DNA of 64,000 nt from Chloroflexi bacterium HGW-Chloroflexi-3. GTDB lineage: Bacteria; Chloroflexota; Anaerolineae; Anaerolineales; Anaerolineaceae. Within the stretch, counting starts at the first letter, position 1. Each line of letters starts with the position of its first letter. Below the pieces are notes generated by a model. It was not told where the DNA came from, did not search any database, and saw only the letters and a program-made list of their open reading frames with translations. The translations under genes and the position numbers were made by a program. Shown here in pieces: positions 18,701 to 26,110 of this stretch. The stretch covers positions 6,267 to 70,266 of the forward strand of contig PHBX01000010.1 in the NCBI GenBank assembly GCA_002842045.1. Direction: 5' to 3'.

Positions 18701-20983
18701 AGATCCCTGTTGTGCCTGGGATAATGAATTTTGAAGTTTTTCTTTTAATTCGGCTGTTGTGTTAGTAGATAGAAAATGCAAACCTCTAAAATGTTCTGCT
18801 GGTGCTGGTGAAGGTGGCACGGGTTCTGATGCGACCTCAATTGAGGGGGAGATTGCTGGTTGCCCACCAGCGTTTTCTTTGAAAAAGTTGATGACTTTTG
18901 CCAGTGTGTTGTAATCTGATAAGCGCAGATCTTCCCGGCGCGGGACGTTATAATGACCACGAATGGCGGCAAATAGTTCGGCCTGCTTGACCGTATCGAC
19001 ACCCAGATCGGCTTCCAGATCCAGTTCCAGATCGAGCATTTCCGCAGGATAACCAGTTTTCTCAGCCACCTGTTGAATCACAAATTGGGTGATCTCCATA
19101 TCGGATGCCTTTCCGGAGGCATTATTGGTTACTTGGGTTGGCGTAGTTTGCACGGACGCTGCTGGTTGGGGAGTTTTTTCACTCTGCATGGATGCATCCG
19201 AAGAGGTTGTATCTGCTCCTGATGCGTTATCCATCACAAACCCGATTACTTTTTCAAGGGTGTTGTAGTCGGATAATCTTAAATCATCACGCCGTGGAAT
19301 TCCGAAATGTTCGCGAATAGTGCGGAATAGTTCAGCTTGTTTGACGGTATCGACGCCTAAATCGGCTTCCAGATCTAATTCCACATCCAGCATTTCAGCA
19401 GGGTAACCAGTTTTCTCGCTGACAGCAGCCAGCACAAATTCTTTGACTGCTTGATTCTCTACGCGATGGGTTGAAGTGGCTATGACAGGTTCTGAGGTGA
19501 GAACCTGATCTACTTTATTAGAAATTGTTGCTGGGATACTAAAGGTGGGTTGGCGGTCTTCATGTAAACCTGGCACGTATTCCTCCATCACCACATGGAA
19601 ATTGGTACCTCCGAACCCAAATGAACTCACAGCTGCCCGGCGAATTTCACCGACGGGTTTTTCCCAGGGCTGTGCCTGAGTATTAACAAAGAAAGGCATA
19701 TGTTCAAAGTCGATGTTTGGGTTGGGTTTTTGAAAGTTAACCGAAGGGGGTAACATTTTATGATCCAAAGCAAAGGCTACTTTCGCCAGACCAGCAGCCC
19801 CGGCTGCGCTTTTAAGGTGACCAATATTGGATTTTACAGATCCTAAAGCGATAGTTCGTACAGGGATACCGAACTTCCCGAAGATTTCATTCAGGCTGTT
19901 GACCTCTACCACATCCCCAACACGGGTCGAGGTACCATGGCCTTCGATTAATCCAGCGCTGGCAGGCGTGACACCGGCATTTTTCCAGGCACGTTCGATG
20001 GCTCTTTGTTGTCCTAAGGGATTCGGTGCTGTAATGCCCTTGCCTTTGCCATCGGAACTGGAACCAATTCCGCGGATGACAGCATAGATCTTATCACCTT
20101 CACGTTCGGCATCGGTCAGGCGTTTGAGTATAAAGATGGCAGTGCCTTCACCCATCACGAAGCCATTGGCACCATCTGCATAAGGACGGGATCCATCCGC
20201 GCTGAGGGCGCCAATTTTAGAGAATTTGACATAGGATTCCGGACCCATATTGCGATCCACTCCACCTGTCAATACGGTATCAAACTGGTAATCATTCAGT
20301 CCTTGAATAGCTGCCTGGATTGCGGCTAGTGAAGATGCACAGGCAGCATCCGTGACGAAATTCGGTCCGCTGAAATTGAACACGTTGGCAATTCTGCCAG
20401 CAATAATGTTGGATAATTCACCGGACATGGTGTCTTCAGTGATATCCGGAATTAGTTGGCGAATATTATTCTGAAAACCATCAATCAACTGCTGTTGAAC
20501 TGCAGCAGGCAGGTTTCTAAAAGTATCGGATTGCTCCAATGCCTGAACATATTCAGGTAGGAGAATTCGCATGGTGGATCGATAATGACGTTCACCTGCG
20601 TTTGAATTCCCGATTATCACAGCCATTCTTTCCGGGTCTATCGTCCGCTCTGGATAACCATAATCACTTAGCGCTTGGTGGCTGGCTGCGATACCCCATT
20701 GTTGTGTACAATCCATTTGAGCTAAAACGGTAGGTGGAATGGGAATACGCATCTTCATGGGATTAAATTCAAAATTTGTTACCCAGGAGCCAATTTTGCT
20801 GTAGGTCTTGTCCGGTACCTTTGGGTCACTATGATAATAAAGATTGGTATCCCAACGATCTGTAGGAACATCTTTTATGGAATAATGCCCTTTGAGGATA
20901 TTTTCCCAAAAGAGCTTAGCGTTAGGAGCATCTGGCATGATCGCTCCGATCCCCACGATTGCTACTGGTTTTTGTTCTGACAT
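12764..20983 (-). CDS. type I PUFA-synthase-like polyketide/secondary-lipid megasynthase, KS-ACP-ACP-AT-KS-ACP-KR-DH
   Basis: 2739-aa ORF. Domain motifs were read directly from the translation and are listed in the sub-features below. No TE/R release domain and no FabA-type DH are seen. Confidence 0.9.
   Translation of the reverse strand: [2739 protein letters not shown]
12767..13681 (-). other. PKS-type (hot-dog) dehydratase domain, C-terminal
   Basis: [20 protein letters not shown] matches the HxxxGxxxxP motif (His codon 13583-13585). A second hot-dog half follows (..[13 protein letters not shown]..). Confidence 0.7.
13889..14602 (-). other. ketoreductase catalytic subdomain (SDR)
   Basis: [11 protein letters not shown] Rossmann motif, HAAGV, [19 protein letters not shown]. 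Confidence 0.8.
15362..15586 (-). other. carrier (ACP-like) domain 3, Thr at the Ser position
   Basis: [24 protein letters not shown]. Confidence 0.75.
15899..17425 (-). other. KS2 domain (Cys retained, so not a CLF)
   Basis: [11 protein letters not shown] (Cys codon 16676-16678), SHETYTP and TGHTMG supply the two His residues. A coiled-coil-like insertion sits in the N-terminal half. Confidence 0.7.
17609..18511 (-). other. acyltransferase (malonyl-CoA:ACP transacylase-like) domain
   Basis: [20 protein letters not shown] (18203-18217), SHAFHT. Confidence 0.85.
18872..19096 (-). other. carrier (ACP-like) domain 2, Thr at the Ser position
   Basis: [24 protein letters not shown] (Thr codon 18992-18994). 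Near-duplicate of domain 1. Confidence 0.75.
19226..19456 (-). other. carrier (ACP-like) domain 1, Thr at the Ser position
   Basis: [24 protein letters not shown]. The Thr codon is at 19346-19348, where the DSL-motif Ser is expected. Confidence 0.75.
19580..20971 (-). other. KS1 domain of megasynthase
   Basis: VAIVGIG.., active-site DAACASS (Cys codon 20339-20341), [23 protein letters not shown]. Confidence 0.85.
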
Positions 20984-21340
20984 TCGAATTTACCTCCAAT
21001 ATTGAGCGTGTATCACCTGCAATTTAAATAGATGCATTGAATAAACCCGCAAATAAATGGTATATTTTCAGGCTTGAAGGAGATTGGTTGTCCTGGTGTT
21101 GGCTTAATCCAACACAAATAAGCAATGTTAAGACAACACAACAGGTGATTGTCTACCTTGTAAAAACACCAATAAAAAAAAAGAGTTACGCAAATTAATA
21201 ATTAATATGACAATTAAAAATATTAACAAAAAATATTAAGCAATTGATCTGACTAAATTTTATTTGTATACTTTATAGTATCAATTAAGCATCCCATCTT
21301 CCCCTATATTACAAATCATCTTTATGGTGGGTCCTTTTTC

Positions 21341-21597
21341 ATCGCTTTCGCTCAAGAAAACCCGGATATTTTATTCACCATTATCGATGTTGATGTGGAT
21401 ACTGACCTACCGAATTTAGTTAACCAGGTTTATCAGATCGATGAAGCCGCATTTCTTGCCGGATATCTGGCAGCAAGAATGACAGAAACCGGGAAGGTCG
21501 CCACCTATGGTGGCTTGCCCCTAATGAAATTCAAGAAATTCGTGAGAAGATCAATGTTGGAGAAATTACATTAAGTCCAATTTATAAAATTAATTGA
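21341..21597 (+). pseudogene. remnant of a BMP-family (PnrA-like) ABC substrate-binding lipoprotein
   Basis: No start codon. The frame reads IAFAQENPDILFTIIDVDVDTDLPNLVNQVYQIDEAAFLAGYLAARMTETGKVATYGGLP. It then jumps to a C-terminal-like piece (PNEIQEIREKINVGEITLSP) in another frame, so there is an internal deletion plus 5' loss. Confidence 0.5.
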
Positions 21598-21735
21598 TAT
21601 TCCAGGATCATTCCAGGAAAAATAAAAAAAGCTTGATTTAAAAATTGTTTTAACCTTCAATTTCATTATAATTTGATCAAAGTTGGTCAAGTTAGTTTGA
21701 TTTTTTAATCATTTTTCTGGAAGGAATGATAAACC

Positions 21736-23463
21736 ATGAACCCACCGACCTGGATTGGACAGACGTTAAGTGGCCGATATAAAATTGAAGCGTTATTAGG
21801 GCAGGGTGGTATGTCTGCCGTGTACAAGGCTTATGATCCCAACCTGAAACGCGTGGTGGCAGTGAAGCTGGTGCATTCGCATCTGAGCTCAGACCAGGAA
21901 TTCGTTAAACGTTTCGAAGAAGAAGCATCAGTGGTGGCTTCCTTGCGGCATCCCAATATTGTCCAGGTTTATGATTTCAACACTGATCAGGGGATTAATT
22001 ACATGATAATGGAATTTGTCCCGGGCGAGACCTTACAGGAACGCCTCAAACGACTAAACGAAAGTAATCGACGGATGTCCCTGGAAGAAGCCTTAAAGAT
22101 AACGATTAATATCTGTGATGCCTTAAGTTACGCCCACAAACGCGGTATGGTACACCGCGATATCAAGCCTGCCAATATTATGCTGGATGTCAACAATCAA
22201 GCCATCCTGATGGATTTTGGTATCGTGAAGATCCTGGGTGGGTCCTCCCATACTGTTACCGGAGCCGTGATGGGGACGGCGCGATACATGCCACCTGAGG
22301 TTGTGCGTTCGGAACCTGCTGACCAGCGTTCGGATATCTATGCCCTGGGGATTACCCTGTATGAAATGTTGAGTGGTAAGCCGCCTTTCGAAGCAAATTC
22401 AGTCATGACCGTCATGATGATGCATCTCAATGATCCGGTTCCCGATATTAGACCATTAAGGACCGATCTGGATCCACAATTGGTACCGGTATTAATGAAA
22501 GTGTTGGCCAAAGATCGCAACCAGCGCTATTCTTCCACGGATGAATTTTCTGCAGCGTTAAAAAGAATCCAGCACGGATTGGAGAACAATATTGGAATAG
22601 CACATGAAAATCAACCCACAGTTTTTCCTGCTTCCAAACCTGTTCCCTCCCAACCGGTTACGACACCAGAAAACAGAGTTTCACAAATCGGTCAAGGCAA
22701 TCCACCCAGCCGACCAAATCCTGGTTCGGTTCCCATGGGATATCAAAATACAGTTTACGATTCTTCCATCCGAACATCAGTTTCAGGATCCAATCCAGCC
22801 CTTCCTGTCCATCCTGTGTCCAATTTGACTTCAGAACCACAAAAGCAGAAATCAAAGCGTTGGATGTGGATCGTCGGGATAGGTGGTGCTGCATTCCTTC
22901 TCCTTGTTGGTGTAATTGTCATAGGTGGCATTCTTCTGTCCCAGATGAGGGACAGGCGGACTGCTGATGTTAAAGAGACTGAAAGTGTAGCTCTTGTGAT
23001 GCAAACCGAAAGTGCAAATATTTTCTCTGACAATCTGGTGGAAACCACCAACACGATTGCGCCTACCCGGAATCTACCAACGGCGACATTTCAGCCCTCT
23101 GCCACGTTTGTTGCTACCAAGGTACCCACCACACCAACGCCAACATACCCACCACTGTATGTGAAGATCAATGAAATCACATTCACCTCATCCAATCAAT
23201 ACTCGGTGGCATATGAAACTTTTGGATATACCGAAGTCTTGCCAGGTCAACACATCCATTTCTTCTTTGATACGGTTAAGCCGGAAAACGCCGGTATGCC
23301 AGGAACAGGTCCCTGGATTTTATACGGTGGGCCACGACCTTTCACCGGGTATAGTGTCTATCAAAAACCAAGAGATGCCACACAGATGTGCGCATTGGTT
23401 GCCAATGCCAATCATTCGATCATTTTAGAGAGCGGAAATTGTGTGGACTTGCCGGTAAATTAG
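21736..23463 (+). CDS. Hanks-type Ser/Thr protein kinase with TM segment and extracellular C-terminal domain
   Basis: 575 aa with canonical motifs: GQGGMSAVYKA, VAVK, HRDIKPANIML, DFGI, YMPPE. A Pro/Ser-rich linker and a TM segment (WMWIVGIGGAAFLLLVGVIVIGGILL) precede a ~130-aa C-terminal domain. Confidence 0.9.
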   Translation: MNPPTWIGQTLSGRYKIEALLGQGGMSAVYKAYDPNLKRVVAVKLVHSHLSSDQEFVKRFEEEASVVASLRHPNIVQVYDFNTDQGINYMIMEFVPGETLQERLKRLNESNRRMSLEEALKITINICDALSYAHKRGMVHRDIKPANIMLDVNNQAILMDFGIVKILGGSSHTVTGAVMGTARYMPPEVVRSEPADQRSDIYALGITLYEMLSGKPPFEANSVMTVMMMHLNDPVPDIRPLRTDLDPQLVPVLMKVLAKDRNQRYSSTDEFSAALKRIQHGLENNIGIAHENQPTVFPASKPVPSQPVTTPENRVSQIGQGNPPSRPNPGSVPMGYQNTVYDSSIRTSVSGSNPALPVHPVSNLTSEPQKQKSKRWMWIVGIGGAAFLLLVGVIVIGGILLSQMRDRRTADVKETESVALVMQTESANIFSDNLVETTNTIAPTRNLPTATFQPSATFVATKVPTTPTPTYPPLYVKINEITFTSSNQYSVAYETFGYTEVLPGQHIHFFFDTVKPENAGMPGTGPWILYGGPRPFTGYSVYQKPRDATQMCALVANANHSIILESGNCVDLPVN

Positions 23464-23480
23464 TTTTCTGAATAATATTT

Positions 23481-23496
23481 CTGGTCAGCTGACCAG
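23481..23496 (+). terminator. perfect 16-bp palindrome after the kinase gene
   Basis: CTGGTCAGCTGACCAG, starting 18 nt after the stop. Only a weak T-rich tail follows. Confidence 0.25.
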
Positions 23497-23694
23497 TTAA
23501 TAAATTACACTGGTGGATATGATGGACGATTAATCCATATATTATCATAATGGTTACTGCCTATCAATCTAATTCAGTAAAGTGGTTAATAAATTTAACA
23601 GAAATCTGATTCGTTCTCACGTTATAATTTAAATCTGTAGCAATTAAATTCATTAAAGTTTTTTTCAAAAAACACCTGATTATGTAAGGAATCC

Positions 23695-24972
23695 ATGGAA
23701 AAATTCCCCCCTCCCAATTATGTGCAGATAGCTTCTAATCTACCAGGCTTTGAGATTTATGCTCCTAAAGAAGAGAAGGAAGATGTTGTTCCTCTTAAGG
23801 AATTCAAGTGCCCCCAATGTGGAGCTGTAACCGCCTATTCCATTCTCCAAGCTGGATTGTCGTGTGAGCATTGTGGATATCAAGAGCGGGTGCAGGTATC
23901 GGTAGTGGGGCGAGCTGCTGATTCATTCGAATTCAGTCTGGATAACCTGGCTGTAGCAGCCCATGGTTGGGGTGATGACCGCAACGATTTACGTTGTTTA
24001 AGCTGTGGGGCGGAAATTACAGTGCCTGCTGATAGTATGGCGACGACCTGTGCTTTTTGTGGCTCGAATAAGGTGGTACAGGGTTCCGCCAATAAGGATC
24101 AACTGCGCCCGAAATTCTTGGTCCCCTTCAAAATTGATCCTCAGAAATGTCAACAAATCGCCAGAGAGTGGCTGGGCAGCAGTTGGATGGTACCCAAGGA
24201 ATTGAAACATTTTGCTGCCATGGATTCGTTCACAGCCATATACCTGCCATATTGGACATTCCATGCCATTACAAACGCTTCCTGGAAGGCAGAAGTGGGG
24301 CACCGTGTCAGTGAAAGTTATTATGATGCCAGTTCGAAGTCCTGGAAAACGCGTACAAAAATTGTCTGGCGTTGGGAATCTGGTAATGCCGGGCTGGACA
24401 TTGATGATTTGTTGGTAGCTGGCACCGGGCGGGTGAGTGCTCGACATCTGGGAAATGTAGATAATTTTAATCTTTCCGATATAGTGGCTTACGCTCCGGT
24501 CTTTTTGGCTGGCTTGCAAGCCAAAGGGTACGACAGACCGTTGGAGCCAGCCTGGGAAATAGCCCGGGAAGTGATGCGGGAGAAGACAAAAGATGCGTGT
24601 ATGCGCCAGGCAAGCACTTCCATGGTACGGAATTTCAGCATGAAGCTCGATTTTTCGGATGAAAGCTGGCGCTATCTCTTATTGCCAGTTTATCTGGCAG
24701 CGTATCAGTTTAATGGCAAAACGTATCATGCCATTGTCAACGGACAAACGGGAGATATTTCCGGCCAGCGTCCGGTGGATTGGAAGAAGATCTGGCTGGT
24801 TGTGGCCATGATCCTTGCGCCGGGTGTTTTGGCAGGATTAGTAGGATTATTGAGCATGTCTTCTTCTTCCGATGGTCTCACCATTGGCATGATCGGATTT
24901 GTTCTTCTGGTAATTGGGTTGATCATCTCGATTGTGATCTTTGTTAAGGCAGATAAGGAGGGGAAAGCATGA
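23695..24972 (+). CDS. zinc-ribbon membrane protein of unknown function (paralog A)
   Basis: 425 aa. Two CxxC..CxxC ribbons (CPQCG..CEHCG; CLSCG..CAFCG), a ~250-aa central domain and C-terminal hydrophobic segments. Shares YLPYW/YLPMW and ..VNGQTGDISGQRP / ..[13 protein letters not shown] blocks with the next ORF. Confidence 0.6.
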   Translation: MEKFPPPNYVQIASNLPGFEIYAPKEEKEDVVPLKEFKCPQCGAVTAYSILQAGLSCEHCGYQERVQVSVVGRAADSFEFSLDNLAVAAHGWGDDRNDLRCLSCGAEITVPADSMATTCAFCGSNKVVQGSANKDQLRPKFLVPFKIDPQKCQQIAREWLGSSWMVPKELKHFAAMDSFTAIYLPYWTFHAITNASWKAEVGHRVSESYYDASSKSWKTRTKIVWRWESGNAGLDIDDLLVAGTGRVSARHLGNVDNFNLSDIVAYAPVFLAGLQAKGYDRPLEPAWEIAREVMREKTKDACMRQASTSMVRNFSMKLDFSDESWRYLLLPVYLAAYQFNGKTYHAIVNGQTGDISGQRPVDWKKIWLVVAMILAPGVLAGLVGLLSMSSSSDGLTIGMIGFVLLVIGLIISIVIFVKADKEGKA

Positions 24973-26093
24973 CAGAACCATTGGAACAATCGAATCCGTA
25001 TGCGCTAACACTCTCATCCCTCGGTTGGGGGCAGGGGGTAGTCTGTCTAGTTTGTCAAAATTGTGATTGGCAATTTCTGGTTGGTACAGCGAATAAACCG
25101 CAGGATTGCCCACATTGTCATACCAATCAATTGGAAAAATACCAGGATGAAGATTTCAGTAAGATGGAGGATTTCATCAAACCACCCGAATTGTATCTGC
25201 CCTTCAGTTTTCCACAGGAACAATTGAACGAAAAAATCCAAAATTTTGCTAAAAATATCCCATTTGCACCGGATGATCTTCGGCTGGACAATTTACAAAC
25301 CCGCTTACAAAAAATCTATCTACCCATGTGGCTGGTCGATAGCCATGTTTCAGCAACCTGGCAGTCTGAATGCGGATATTACTATCAGGTCAAAAGCCAT
25401 CAGGAGAAATACAGTGGTGGTCGTTGGCAGACGCAGGAAGTGATTGAGACCCGTACACGTTGGGAGCCAAGATTGGGACGGTTGGGTAGAAGTTATCAAA
25501 ATATTGCTGCGCCAGCATTGGAAGAACATCGGCGCTTGATGGGAGCGCTTGGAAATTACGAATATAAAAAAGCACAACCGGTAACACCCCAATCATTATT
25601 GCAGGATTCAGTACAACCACCGCTGGTCAATATTCCCAGTCGCGATAAGGATGATGCCTGGCCAGACACGTTACCCCGTTTTCAGGAACAGGCTATGGAG
25701 GAAAGTCGCCAGGCATGTGCCGCAAACCAGATTCGTGAATTTCGCTGGAAGCCGGAATTTTCCAATCAAAACTGGACATTGTTCCTGTTACCGATGTGGA
25801 GTAGTTATTATCTGGATGATGAGAACAAACCACAATCCATTCTGGTCAATGGTCAGAGTGGACAGATGAGTGGAACCCGACGGGCATCCATGAAAAAGGC
25901 CAAAAAAATCTCCCTGTCCATTTTTATTGCAGCTTTGATTGCTTTTGCTCTGACTGTGGTGGTTGGATTGATATCCCTTTCTGTTCAAGATTTAGCGGTG
26001 ATAGCAGGTATTGGTATTATGATTTCATTGATCATTGCCCTGGCAGCCATCTATCCAATTGTGACGGCGTGGAATGTGAATAGAGATCGGTGA
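24969..26093 (+). CDS. zinc-ribbon membrane protein of unknown function (paralog B)
   Basis: 374 aa. One ribbon (CLVCQNC..CPHCH), a homologous central domain and C-terminal TM segments. Its start overlaps the stop of paralog A by 4 nt (ATGA). Confidence 0.6.
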   Translation: MTEPLEQSNPYALTLSSLGWGQGVVCLVCQNCDWQFLVGTANKPQDCPHCHTNQLEKYQDEDFSKMEDFIKPPELYLPFSFPQEQLNEKIQNFAKNIPFAPDDLRLDNLQTRLQKIYLPMWLVDSHVSATWQSECGYYYQVKSHQEKYSGGRWQTQEVIETRTRWEPRLGRLGRSYQNIAAPALEEHRRLMGALGNYEYKKAQPVTPQSLLQDSVQPPLVNIPSRDKDDAWPDTLPRFQEQAMEESRQACAANQIREFRWKPEFSNQNWTLFLLPMWSSYYLDDENKPQSILVNGQSGQMSGTRRASMKKAKKISLSIFIAALIAFALTVVVGLISLSVQDLAVIAGIGIMISLIIALAAIYPIVTAWNVNRDR

Positions 26094-26110
26094 TAAAGAC
26101 AAAAATAAGA

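Noticed and set aside
21244-21272. A near-consensus promoter: TTGATC, a 17-nt spacer, then TATACT on the plus strand.
   Set aside because: Only the BMP gene remnant lies immediately downstream, and the kinase gene is ~460 nt away. In this very AT-rich spacer such matches are expected by chance.
23880-24519. Minus-strand ORFs (173 aa and 70 aa) inside the first zinc-ribbon gene.
   Set aside because: The plus-strand frame has paired CxxC motifs and a clear paralog next door. The minus-strand translations have no features.
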